From NCBI RefSeq assembly GCF_964355755.1, contig NC_092678.1, positions 9,502,422-9,566,421 on the forward strand: a stretch of DNA of 64,000 bases. Reading direction: 5' to 3'. Position 1 is the stretch's first letter, and each line of letters starts with the position of its first letter. Under the pieces are notes generated by a model, which saw nothing but the letters and a program-made list of their open reading frames with translations, searched no databases and was not told the DNA's origin. Origin of the DNA: Antedon mediterranea. Taxonomy: Eukaryota > Animalia > Echinodermata. Positions 25,101 to 38,170 of the stretch are shown piece after piece. The position numbers and the translations under genes were made by a program.

Positions 25101-28100
25101 TCTCTCCCGCTGATCTATCTATCTCTCTCTCGCTGATCTATCTATCTCTCTCGCCGATCTATCTCTCTCTCGCTGATCTATCTATCTCTCTCTCGCTGAT
25201 CTATCTCTCTCTCGCTGATCGATCTATCTATCTTTCTCTAGCTGATCTATATATCTCTCTCGCTGATCTATCTCTCTCTTGATGATCTATCTCTCTCTCT
25301 CTCGCTGATCTATCTCTCTTTTGCTGATCTATCTCTCTCTCTCTCTCGCTGATCTATCTATCTCTCTCTCGCAGATCTATCTCTCTCTCGCTGATCAATC
25401 TCTCGCGCGCTGATCTATCTATCTCTCTCGCTGATCTATCTATCTCTCTCTCGCTGATCTATCTCTCTCTCGCTGATCTATCTATCTCTCTCGCTGATCT
25501 ATCTATCTATCTCTCTCTCGCTGATCTATCTGTGTCTCGCTGATCTGTCTCTCTCTCTCGCTGATCTATCTATCTCTCTCTCGCTGATCTATCTCTCTCT
25601 CGCTGATCTATCTATCTCTCTCAAGCTGATCTATCTCTCTCACGCTGATCTATCTATCTCTCTCTCTCGCTGATCTATCTCTCTCTCGCTGATCTATCTC
25701 TCTCTCGCTGATCTATCTATCTCTCTCACGCTGATCTATCTCTCTCTCGCTGATCTATCTATCTCTGTCTCGCTGATCTATCTATCTCTCTCTCGCTGAT
25801 CTATCTATCTCTCTCTCGCTGATCTCTCTCTCTCGCTGATCTAACTCTCTCTCTCTGATCTATCTCTCTCTCTCGCTGATCTATCTCTCTCTTGCTGATC
25901 TATCTCTCTCTCTCTCTCGCTGATCTATCTATCTCTCTCTCGCTGATCTATCTCTCTCTCGCTGATCTATCTCTCGCGCGCTGATCTATCTATCTCTCTC
26001 GCTGATCTATCTCTCTCTCGCTGATCTATCTCTCTCTCGCTGATCTATCTATCTCTCTCGCTGATCTATCTATCTCTCTCTCGCTGATCTATCTGTGTCT
26101 CGCTGATCTGTCTCTCTCTCTCCCGCTGATCTATCTATCTCTCTCTCGCTGATCTATCTCTCTCTCGCTGATCTATCTATCTCTCTCAAGCTGATCTATC
26201 TCTCTCACGCTGATCTATCTATCTCTCTCTCTCACTGATCTATCTCTCTCTCGCTGATCTACCTATCTCTCTCTCGGTGATCTATCTCTCTCTCGCTGAT
26301 CTATCTCTCTCTCTCTCTCTCTAGCTGATCTATATCTCTCTCTAGCTGATCTATCTATCTCTCTCACGTTGATCTATCTCTCTCCCGCTGATCTATCTAT
26401 CTCTCTCTCGCTGATCTATCTATCTCTCTCGCCGATCTATCTCTCTCTCGCTGATCTATCTATCTCTCTCTCGCTGATCTATCTCTCTCTCGCTGATCGA
26501 TCTATCTATCTTTCTCTCGCTGATCTATATATCTCTCTCGCTGATCTATCTCTCTCTTGATGATCTATCTCTCTCTCTCTCGCTGATCTATTTCTCTTTT
26601 GCTGATCTATCTCTCTCTCTCTCTCGCTGATCTATCTATCTCTCTCTCGCAGATCTATCTCTCTCTCGCTGATCTATCTCTCGCGCGCTGATCTATCTAT
26701 CTCTCTCGCTGATCTATCTATCTCTCTCTCGCTGATCTATCTCTCTCTCGCTGATCTATCTATCTCTCTCGCTGATCTATCTATCTATCTCTCTCTCGCT
26801 GATCTATCTGTGTCTCGCTGATCTGTCTCTCTCTCTCTCGCTGATCTATCTATCTCTCTCTCGCTGATCTATCTCTCTCTCGCTGATCTATCTATCTCTC
26901 TCAAGCTGATCTATCTCTCTCACGCTGATCTATCTATCTCTCTCTCTCGCTGATCTATCTCTTTCTCGCTGATCGATCTATCTATCTCTCTCTCGCTGAT
27001 CTATCTATCTCTCTCTCGCTGATCTATCTCTGTCTCGCTGATCTATCTATCTCTCTCACGCTGATCTATCTCTCTCCCGCTGATCTATCTATCTCTCTCT
27101 CGCTGATCGATCTATCTATCTCTGTCTCGCTGATCTATCTATCTCTCTCTTGCTGATCTATCTATCTCTCTCTGATCTATCTATCTCTCTCTCGCTGATC
27201 TATCTCTCTCTCGATGATCTATCTCTCTCTCGCTGATCTATCTATCTCTCTCGCTGATCTATCTATCTCTCACTGATCTATCTGTGTCTCGCTGATCTGT
27301 CTCTCCCTCGCTGATGTATCTCTCTCTCGCTGAACTATATCTCTCTCACTGATCTATCTCTCTCTCGCTGATCTATCTCTCTCTCGCTGATCTATCTCTC
27401 TCTTGCTGATCTATCTCTCTCTCTCTCTCTCTCTCGCTGATCTATCTCTCTCTCGCTAATCTATCTCTCTCTCGCTGATCTATCTCTCTCACGCTGATCT
27501 ATCTCTCTCTCGCTGATCTATCTCTCTGGCGCTGATATATCTATCTCTCTCTAGCTGATCTATCTCTCTCTCGCTGATCTATCTATCTCTCTCGCTGATC
27601 TATCTATCTCTCTCTCGCTGATCTATCTGTGTCTCGCTGATCTGTCTCTCTCTCGCTGATGTATCTCTCTCTCGCTGATCTATATCTCTCTCACTGATCT
27701 ATCTCTCTCTCGCTGATCTATCTCTCTCTCGCTGATCTATCTATCTCTCTCACGCTGATCTATCTCTCTCCCGCTGATCTATCTATCTCTCTCTTGCTGA
27801 TCTATCTATCTCTCTCGCCGATCTATCTCTCTCTCGCTGATCTATATATCTCTCTCGCTGATCTATCTCTCTCTCGCTGATCTATCTCTCTCTCGCTGAT
27901 CTATCTATCTATCTCTCTCTCGCTGATCTATCTCTCTCTCGCTGATCGATCTATCTATCTCTCTCTCGCTGATCTATGTATCTCTCTCTCGCTGATCTAT
28001 CTCTGTCTCGCTGATCTATCTTTCTCTCTCACGCTGATCTATCTCTCTCCCGCTGATCTATCTATCTCTCTCTCGCTGATCGATCTATCTATCTCTCTCT

Positions 28101-30368
28101 CGCTGATCTATCTCTGTCTCACTGATCTATCTATCTCTCTCTTGCTGATCTATCTATCTCTCTCTCGCTGATCTATCTCTCTCTCACTGATCTATCTATC
28201 TCTCTCTCGATGATCTATCTCTCTCTCGCTGATCTATCTCTCTCTCGCTGATCTATCTCTCTCTCGCTGATCTATCTATCTCTCTCTCGCTGATCTATCT
28301 CTTTCTCGCTGATCTATCTCTCTCTCGCTGATCTATCTATCTCTCTTGCTGATCTATCTATCTCTCACTGATCTATCTGTGTCTCGCTGATCTGTCTCTC
28401 TCTCGCTGATGTATCTCTCTCTCGCTGATCTATATCTCTCTCAGTGATCTATCTCTCTCTCGCTGATCTATCTCTCTCTCGCTGATCTATCTATCTATCT
28501 CTCTCTCGCTGATCTATCTCTCTCTCGCTGATCGATCTATCTATCTCTCTCTCGCTGATCTATCTATCTCTCTCTCGCTGATCTATCTCTGTCTCGCTGA
28601 TCTATCTTTCTCTCTCACGTTGATCTATCTCTCTCCCGCTGATCTATCTATCTCTCTCTCGCTGATCGATCTATCTATCTCTCTCTCGCTGATCTATCTC
28701 TGTCTCGCTGATCTATCTATCTCTCTCTTGCTGATCTATCTATCTCTCTCTCGCTGATCTATCTCTCTCTCGCTGATCTATCTATCTCTCTCGCTGATCT
28801 ATCTCTCTCTCGCTGATCTATCTATATCTCTCTCGCTGATCTATCTATCTCTCTCGCGGATCTATCTCTCCCTCTCGCTGATCTATCTATCTCTCTCGCT
28901 GATCTATCTCTCTCTCGCTGATCTATCTATCTCTCTCTCGCTGATCTATCTCTCTCTCGCTGATCGATCTATCTATCTCTCTCTCGCTGATCTATATATC
29001 TCTCTCGCTGATCTATCTCTCCCTCGCTGATCTATCTATCTCTCTCTGGCTGATCTATCTATCTCTCTCTCGATGATCTATCTCTCTCGCTGATCTATCT
29101 ATCTCTCTCTCGCTGATCTATCTCTCTCTCGCTGATCTATCTCTTTCTCGCTGATCTATCTCTCTCGCTGATCTATCTATCTCTCTCTTTCGCTGATCTA
29201 TCTCTTTCTCTCGCTGATCTATCTCTCTCGCTGATCTATCTCTCTCGCTGATCTATCTCTCTCTCTTGCTGATCTATCTCTCTCTCCTCGATCTATCTAT
29301 CTCACTCTCGCTGATCTATCTATCTCTCTCTCGTTGATCTACCTATCTCTCTCTCTCTGATCTATCTCTCTCTCTAGCTGATCTATCTATCTCTCTCTCG
29401 CTGATCTATCTCTCTCTCGATGATCTATCTCTCTCTCGCTGATCTATCTATCTCTCTCGCTGATCTATCTATCTCTCACTGATCTATCTGTGTCTCGCTG
29501 ATCTGTCTCTCTCTCGCTGATGTATCTCTCTCTCGCTGAACTATATCTCTCTCACTGATCTATCTCTCTCTCGCTGATCTATCTCCCTCTCGCTGATCTA
29601 TCTCTCTCTCGCTGATCTATCTCTCTCACTGATCTATCTATCTCTCTCTCTCGCTGATCTATCTCTCTCTCGCTGATCGATCTATCTATCTCTCTCTCGC
29701 TGATCTATCTCTCTCTCTCTCTCTCGCTGATCTATCTATCTCTCTCACGCTGATCTATCTCTCTCCCGCTGATCTATCTATATCTCTCTCGCTGATCTAT
29801 CTATCTCTCTCGCGGATCTATCTCTCTCTCGCTGATCTATCTATCTCTCTCGCTGATCTATCTCTCTCTCGCTGGTCTATCTATCTCTCTCTCGCTGATC
29901 TATCTCTCTCTCTCTCGCTGATCGATCTATCTATCTCTCTCTCGCTGATCTATATATCTCTCTCTCGCTGATCTATCTCTCTCTCGCTGATCTATCTCTC
30001 TCTGGCTGATCTATCTATCTCTCTCTCGATGATCTATCTCTCTCGCTGATCTATCTATCTCTCTCTCGCTGATCTATCTCTTTCTCGCTGATCTATCTCT
30101 CTCTCTCGCTGATCTATCTCTCTCGCTGATCTATCTATCTCTCTCTTTCGCTGATCTATCTCTTTCTCTCGCTGATCTATCTCTCTCGCTGATCTATCTC
30201 TCTCGCTGATCTATCTCTCTCTCGCTGATCTATCTCTCTCTCCTCGATCTATCTATCTCACTCTCGCTGATCTATCTATCTCTCTCTCGCTGATCTACCT
30301 ATCTCTCTCTCGGTGATCTATCTCTCTCTCGCTGATCTACCTCTCTCTCTCTCTCTATCTCTCGCTGA

Positions 30369-30405
<37 letters not shown>

Positions 30406-30429
30406 TCTAACTCTCTCTCTCTCTCCTCA
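17385..30429. repeat. ~13-kb compound satellite, unit (CT)n-C-GCTGATCTAT(CTAT), ~18-30 bp, with higher-order blocks
   Basis: Continuous strand-asymmetric pyrimidine-rich array. Variant strings recur in blocks, e.g. ~21940-22890 vs ~22895-23830. Confidence 0.97.
19425..19712 (+). mobile_element. 5'-truncated LINE (Rex1/Babar- or L2-like ORF2 C-terminus plus 3' UTR) inserted in the satellite
   Basis: Frame LRSARSGRLRSAAADTNRYLFSFLPTGIRRHQ...* resembles the SGRRxRS..TNR..SFFPxAIR C-terminal motif. Followed by AATAAA and an (ATACTTG)3 tail. Confidence 0.8.
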
Positions 30430-30443
30430 GAGCGCACATGCAA
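30425..30443 (+). other. Putative element terminus / recombination half-site (CCTCA + GAGCGCACATGCAA)
   Basis: Its reverse complement TTGCATGTGCGCTC matches 17370-17384 except for a 1-nt indel. Directly abuts the last CT tract. Confidence 0.65.
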
Positions 30444-31450
30444 AAATGCACATCGGCCACCTACAGTTTTCAGTGAGAAACATGCACATTTGATGATAAT
30501 CTAGGGGGACTTTCCACAGTAAGACATAGGCACAGGTGCATGTTTGCTCTCCGCGAGACTGTCACTATGAGAATTGCACATATGCTGATTTACATATAAT
30601 TATTACTCTTTCTCTACCTATTCAATAAAAAGTCTGTAAAATATCGTTTTTCTGAGAGATTATTTAAGTCTCTAATTAACATTCATGTCTCTAATGATTT
30701 ACACGTTATCTTCCTTGTTTTTTATGAAAAATATCGTTTTGGGGAAAAAATTGAGTAATGTTCTAAGAACGATAGGTCGTCATATTTTTTATTTCACACT
30801 CACCAACATCGTCCTTTAAACATTTACTTTACATTGGAAACATATAACGTTTATATTTTTCCTATGTAAAAAAACACCAAAAGATCGTTTTTCCAGAGTT
30901 TCAACCCGATTTGACATCGGGAAAATGGTTTCCGCGGCGATTTTTATGTGTGTACTTAAAGGTGCACATATGCTGATTTTACCAAAAACACGTTATTTTA
31001 CACAAAAATTCATCGTTTTGTAAAAATTTTGAGTTTCATACACAATACATTTATATACTCTCTTTTTTTAATGAAGAAAACTAAAAAAAATATCGTGTCT
31101 TTTTTGAAAAAAATGTAAAAAACGCGTAATTTCTCAAACTCGAATGCACTTTTGATGATTTTTGAATTTTTTCATGACTTATAACTTGGTATGTATTTGA
31201 TTAAATTGTATGAAGTATGCTTTTCTCTACTCACTTTTCAACAAAGAAAATATTCTCTTGGGTCAAAATCGATAATTTATCGTTTTTCGGCTATAATTAA
31301 TTACCTTTTATGTAAAGAGCGCACGTCTAAATTGAGGTCGCCCTTTCACTGGAGGCTCGTTCGTTATTATATTTTTTAAATAGTTTTATAACTGTAGTTT
31401 GGTTATTTTAATAAAGTAGATTTAATTAATAACTATGCTGATTTTTATTT
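30430..31450 (+). repeat. Subterminal region with dispersed short motifs
   Basis: GCACATATGCTGATTT at ~30577 and ~30964, with an inverted counterpart AAATCAGCATAATTGCAC at ~17293. ATCGTTTT recurs at ~30643, 30733, 30884, 31012 and 31279. A second AGAGCGCAC lies at ~31316. Confidence 0.55.
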
Positions 31451-32219
31451 ATTTTTAGGAGTTGTTTGATTAAAATTCGACAATTTTATGTTGCCTTAAT
31501 CGAATTTGTTAAAAATTAAACTAGTAAATAAATAAAATTAGCCGTTAGGGTTATGTCAACCCAATGTTTGTGAATGCTAAATTCCGTAATTTCTTCAAAA
31601 TTACTACTTTACTTTATATGAAGCAATGCTTTGATTATATTTCTATAACATATCAAAGGGATTTAATTGAAACTGTACAAAAAAGTGACAATTTATGCGA
31701 TTTTCTATACCATACAAAAAAATTTGGAACGCGAAATATCCTTTTTGTAACATACAGAACGAAATTGGAATTTGTTTGCGGTTCAACACACATTGAGGTT
31801 ATCGCGTCGGTCCGGAGACATGACGCTATATTGGCAATTAGGTTTAGCGTAATTTCGCTATCGTAAACAGATATTTTTTTCTTATTTTGCTTCGATTTTA
31901 TTTTAATTTGGCTGTTACACTTATTCTTTCCTTTTATTGGCGTCAGACACTGTGCATTTGTGAACCAAGGGAGATCAATTTAGTGACTTGGGAATGAGTA
32001 AATAGTGAATTATTGAGCATTATTCTGCGGACTTCAAATTCAAAAGTGGAACCCGGAGGTTCAGCGTGGATCAATTATCATAATATAAACAAACGGGACC
32101 AAACAAACATGTAGGATGGCTTTTTTCGGTAAACGATTAAACAAATGACTAGACTATAATATGTAGTACTTTTTATTGTCTTATAATAAACAAGGGAGAG
32201 GTAGGGATCATAGCTATGT

Positions 32220-32460
32220 CTACGCTAGGCCGAAGTTTAAGCCAAACTAGTTAGAGGGCCTCCAGTCGTATTGTAGTACTGCTGTAGTAGTAGGCCTACT
32301 ACTAGGCCTAGCCTATAGTTATATAGTTAATTGAAGTAGGTAGGCCTAGATAAAGTAGTCTAGGCCTAGTTTGAATGTTCAAGTACTTTAGTAATACTAT
32401 CAAAGTATTCACAGCATTTAATCTGTAAAAGGCTCTCTAGACTAGTTGCTAGCTAGGCGA
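32220..32460. repeat. Second TAGGCCTA/CTAG cluster
   Basis: Multiple TAGGCCTA palindromes downstream of a possible plus-strand donor (TTCG|gtaaac, ~32128). Confidence 0.6.
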
Positions 32461-33968
32461 AAATAACATTATTATTGTTATACTGCCCTTAACTTAATAA
32501 CACGTGGAGTAATAATAAGGATAAGGTCTTGTTGGATGAGGCCATCGATCAAGTTTACATTCCGTACAAGTTGTTCTGTTTTTCTGTTGTAAATTAGTAT
32601 TTTCTATCAATCATCAACATTTGGTGTTGCGGCTATCGGGACATCAACCTCATTGGCTAATAAACAGCTCAGTGAATTTCGGCCACTGATCATGTCTGTT
32701 GCCGCATCCCTACTTACCAACAAAAAACACATCTCTTATAGACAATCGTCAATAAAAACAATTTTCAGAAAAAAATTTACAAATTAGGTCAGCCGAAACC
32801 AAATCAAATTACTAGAAAAAACTAAAAAATATTCATTTGATGCCAGGTAAACTGTGCCGATAGAAATGGTCATGGTGTACCCTAATGTAAAGAACATACT
32901 GTAAAGAAAATAATAAATCTTCTGAAACACCATTTTAAAAGCATTACCTTCGATTTCATAAAAGGAAGACACTGTCTTATCTACCATAAATATCATTTGA
33001 GAGACAAAAAAAATTCAAGAGTGAAACAAAACACAATACAATATTTGAAATTTTATTGATTACATCACACAGAGAGTGTCAATATTCCATTACATGAAAT
33101 GCTTAAATTTGACTGGGAATTATGCAATGAACAATAAATATTTATTTAAAATAAGAAATAATAATTAATTTGATTTGAATTTATTAGGAAAATCATAAAA
33201 TATACATACAAAGTAATAACATAATGAGGAAACTGGACAATTGACCAATGAAGCTAGGAGGTTTTGAATACCGGCAGACTAAAAACTGTCCATTTTAGAG
33301 GATTATCAAATGATCAATGTATTAAATAAATAAAAATATTAAATAATATTAATATAAAATCCTTTTTTTTAATATGACGAGACATGTTTATCAAAAATAT
33401 TAGAATTCGTGGAAGGAAATATTTGATTCATATTAAAATGAATTATAGTGGAATTACTCTTGAAATATAAAATACTCATGACAAGAATATAGAAATCACA
33501 ATTTAATGTACACATTTCATTGCAAAAGTTTCCCCTCTGCTTTTTTGTAAGGGCTTGGGACCTTCAAATACAAAGTGCAATGAATGATTTAATGTAAATT
33601 ATAATGTAATTATATAAACTTATTGTAATAATATAAAAATTACAAAATAATTCACTACATTAACCATTGCTCTTTGGATTTGGCAGCATTAAAAACTTTT
33701 TTTTTATTATTATTTTTATTAACTTTATTGCACATTCAGAAAACCATTAGATATGGTGGCCCAATGGCCAAATTGCATAAAATATAAAATATTTTGTAAA
33801 AAGTGAAAATAAAATAACAGAACAAAACAAAAAATAGAAGATATATATATATATGAAACAGTATAAAAACTCTATCCATGGCTACAAAAATCATTTGGAA
33901 TCATTCTTGTTGCTGTTTTTTTTTCCACTCTTGACGATGGTGACGGGTGGCAACCAATAGCCGATTTT

Positions 33969-34979
33969 CATGCTTCATCAGATGTTGCAGCACAATACCA
34001 ATTTCCATAGTACTGAGTGTGGTTCTTATTTAACCTTGGTTGCTTACACTTTGAGCACACAATCACAGACATTCTTGGTTTGTACATTTTGATCGGTTTC
34101 CAATGTCTTTAGCCACTCGTTTTCTGTACAAGAGGGTAGTTCTAGGAATGCGAGTACTACTAGCCGCAGGGACTGATGGTGGTGGGTTTGCTATCTCGCC
34201 TGGAACTGGGATCGACAGTCTGTTTCCTAGAGTTGCTCGGCCGGAAGTGTTTTTTGGTTGGACAAATGTGAGAGATGGAGCGCTTGCAGGATCGTTTAGC
34301 ACCGCTGGATTGGTTAAAGGTTCAAGTAGGGTATTATCAGAGACAAGTTTGGGTATTGTTGCTGAGATGCCAGATTCCAAAACTTGCTGCTCTTGCTTCT
34401 TTGATGTTCTTTTGTACCTGTAATAACATCAATAACAAGTTAAAACTCACCGCTGGATGAGTGTCGTATGATTTATCTCCATCAACTGAAGCTTACCAAA
34501 CAACATCAGGTGTCCATTTGATAGCACTTTCCGACGAATGTTTTTGTAGCCTTTGCCGATTAGCGGCCAGCGCTGGAAATGTTTCCCTCCGATATATACG
34601 GTAGGCGGATACTCTTCACATAGTTTTGTAATAAGGCACTCCATATATCGATTGCAGTCCGGCCATTGGGCTGGTCCGGTGTTCTGACCTAAGAAGCATC
34701 TGTTAACCTACAAAGTGAAAAACGCAGGAAACTGCCTTACTGTCGAGTGCTTTCAACACCAGGTATTACAGCAGTCGTTTTACTTTTCTTGAACCTGCCT
34801 TTTGTGAGGTAATCGTGATGCCGTGCTTTGCGCTTAACGGTTTTGTCATACGCATCCAGGTTGTTCCACAACTTTGTGACATGTTCAGCATGACTTTGAC
34901 TTATGACTTCACTGTCTTCCTTAAACTGCATAAGGTAGCAGCCTGGAATGCTGTCCAGTCCAGTGGAATCCTCAAGTTC
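33969..34979 (-). pseudogene. Degenerate C-terminal part of a transposon-associated protein (resembles animal DUF6729-linked putative transposase genes)
   Basis: Exons 34979-34741, 34699-34451 and 34417-~33970 join in frame: ...LWNNLDAYDK...GRFKKSK..PGVESTRQ|CFLGQNTGPAQWPDCNRYME...LQLMEINHTTLIQR|YKR...PRTT. After a frameshift at ~34075 it continues CSKCKQPRLNKNHTQYYGNWYC. No upstream catalytic part is seen. The family call is from recalled motifs. Confidence 0.6.
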
Positions 34980-37803
34980 CTAAATTTTGTTAAGAAAATA
35001 TGAAAACAACATAAATTATAAGACTTTATGCATTGTATTGCAAAACAGAAACAAAATTTATGAGGTAAATAATAATAATATTTATTCGGTCATCAATGTA
35101 AAAACAAGCACGAATGTGGGGGTACAGCGAAAGAAGCTGTAATGACGTCATAAGACCATAAAGAGAAAATGTTTTATAAGGGAAATAAGAATAAAGGTGG
35201 GCGATACCCACAAAAGAGAAGAAAAACAAATGCTTTGAATCTCAACCAAAGTTACATTAAGCAAGTCTTCAATGTATCAATATTTGATTTGATCATCGGA
35301 TGAGTTTGTAATTAATTTAATCCTGAGAATTCCATATAATTTGTAATTCTAACATGAAGCTATAAAATTAGATGATTCTACCATAGCATAACATAAATGG
35401 AGCATGATTGAGAAGAGACAGCATTATGTTATTATATGACATTTTTTGCTTTAAAAGTGACAATTGCTAGTATACAACAGGGAAGACAGGCAGGCCCGAG
35501 GTGCTCTGAATCTCTGATGTAGAATTACATCTCTGTCGTAGAAAGTTCCAGGAAGACATATGACACTATACAAGGAAAACCAAAAATAAAATTGATTATA
35601 ACGTAATGTGCAGGTGGTAATTGTGTTGCCTTAATAACTTCTGTAGAAACTACCTTTCGATTGATCTGACCTTAGGTAGGTTGTCGGTGGTCATCTGAAA
35701 CTAGAATACATCAAAACTGCCAAGTTGAGGAGTGAGGGAGGACGTCCTAATATCTCTGCATGCACACAATGTTCTGAACACAACCTTATTTTAAGTATTA
35801 TGGAATAAAAATTTATTTGATTGATTAATGGATTACCTTGGGAATTACCTGAATACAGTAAATGCAACCAGTTACAATAGTTGTCATCATTAATGACCTC
35901 AACACCAACCCACATAGATGAAACTGAAAGTATAACAATGTAAATACAGTTGTTCTGAGTTCAGTAATGTGGGGGAAGTTAGTAATAACTAGCGTCAGAA
36001 TAAACAACACAGGTACCAATAATAAAGCAGGAGTTCTCAACAGTTTTCAATCGTACGCCACATTGTAATTTACTAATAATGTTGTGTGCCAGAGATAGAA
36101 TGTGAAGTCACAGGTGGGGGAACCAGCCGTGTAACAAGGGTGTTGTGTTGAATTGTGAACAAAGCATTATAGTCGACACTCCTACTAGTAAACAAAACAG
36201 AAACAAAATATTTCATCTCATATTTGATACAACACAGTTCGTTAAGTTGTGCAGTATTATTATTTAATTTGACATTTAATTAAATAAAACACATGCATAC
36301 AAAACATACGTATTGTAAACTCTTACTTTTAAACTGCAAAAGGATGTTATGATGAAGAATATCCAGAATGTTAACAGCAACTAACTGTTGGTGGAAAATT
36401 AATGGCATATTAAAATATTAGAGTTTTCAGTTTATATTTATTAGACAACTGATAGACAAACTATATATAGATAGATATTACCCAAGTACAAATAATAATT
36501 CACTGTCAATTAATAATTTATAACTTTTTTTTTTTCATTTATAACAATATTTGTAAAAATTATACTAAACCTTTTGTTTAGATCAGCTTTTTGAAATAAT
36601 GCCCTGCTATTTTAGGGTATTTAACATTAGCGTATACTCAGAGTATACATACAGAAGAGTTGGTGTTAAAAAGGAGAAAGCAGAAATAAAAATAACCTAT
36701 TACAAGTAAAATAGTTTTTGCAAACTAGCTACAGTGTGGTTATAACTTACCAGGTCTAAATGTGTTTGTTGTAATAATGACTGCTAAAAACCATGACTCT
36801 GAAAGAAACTCAAAGTAACTCAAACTACATGTTAATCAACATCAAAACATATGAAAATAATAAGGTAGCATGTTGTGGTGGCTTTATCATTAACTAAAAT
36901 ACTGCCATGTTAGGATATGCTTGGGATTGGCTTCACGTTCTATTTCTGCCAATTTTCTGAATAATCTATTAAGCTACAGAATGCTAGAATTATGTTTAAC
37001 CTGTCTGTGATTTGATGATCCATATATAACATCTTGAAAGGTCTTTCCTTGCATAGAAGACAAAACTACTGTTTTCATTAATTACTTTATAGAATTTTCT
37101 TTTTCTTTTTTTGTAACTTAAATTTACATTTCCTTTATTAAATCATTTAAAATAGTATAACATTTCAACAATTCATTATTAACACATGCTATGAATATAA
37201 TATAGTCGACTCTCCAAATACTGGACTCTGAACTGAAAAAACCGAACACTCTCCCAATACCAGAATTGTCTTGAGGACCAGAAGACCCCAAATTCCTAAG
37301 CTTTTAATATTAAGAGAATTTTCCAAAGAATGTAGGGAAAGTTTTGTGTACCTGAGCAGACAGGTCTATTTTCAATAAGGTGATGGGACCAGGATAGCTT
37401 TATTTGCCAAGTCATGCATAACATATCGTTTGAGGGGCTTCATAAGCAGCCGCACATGTGGTTTAATCTTTTGTTTTAATTTAGCTGACTGAGACAATCA
37501 CTACATAGTTGCACGCTTATCCACTTTAGCGGACTTCCTGCTATGCGGAACAGGATGTAAACTCGTTAAAAAACATTCCAAATACCAAACCGTTACGGAA
37601 TCCAACATATTCTGCCAGGTGTCCGGTATTAGGAAAGTTGACTGTACAATAATGAATAATTTATCAACTACATATGTTATTAAACCACCACACAAACAAT
37701 TAATGTTAAATATTAAACGATGAGACATGTTTTGTCTAAATCAACTAACAATTACTTATTAAGGGTATGTTCAGACTCTTGACGTAAAAGTACTACTTCT
37801 CCC

Positions 37804-38144
37804 TGTTACGGCTCATTTTTAGTTTAGCGCCCTCTATAATTAAAGGTTGTCTAATATGTCCGCTCACAAAGATAATGTGTTCTATGCGTAGGTCTATCTA
37901 GAAGAGACACAAACTTGAAACCATCATCATCATCATCATTATCATCATCAGTAAAGTCAGTCTTTATTCAATAGCTGATCATCATCAGCGTCATTATCGT
38001 GATCTTCATCACATCGGCAAGTTGCCATGGCCATCGCCATTGAGAGTTGAATAAAGTGTTTAAATTGATGCGTTACAAGTTGTCTGAGATTGTTTATTTG
38101 ATTGTTCAAGTGAAAACCTACGCCCAACAGTAGAGGCTGTTACA
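37804..38144 (+). repeat. 5' LTR
   Basis: TGTTACGG...GGCTGTTACA, with TATAA, (CAT)n and AATAAA inside. One mismatch seen against the 3' LTR. Confidence 0.95.
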
Positions 38145-38170
38145 GTTTCAAGTTTATATTCTAAAGTACG

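Noticed and set aside
19333-26560. LIYLSLAD-type ORFs
   Set aside because: These are translations of the CT/GCTGAT satellite.
17370-30443. Polinton/Maverick or endogenous virus termini
   Set aside because: No pPolB, retroviral-type integrase, capsid or long TIRs are present in the window.
33165-33800. Possible LINE 3' remnants on the minus strand
   Set aside because: Only tail-like sequence and a weak SRVIPL motif are present; too degenerate to call.
36730-37270. Possible small minus-strand exons and a Tc1/mariner-like end (TAGTCGACTCTC at ~37203)
   Set aside because: I could not build a coherent reading frame or find a partner TIR.
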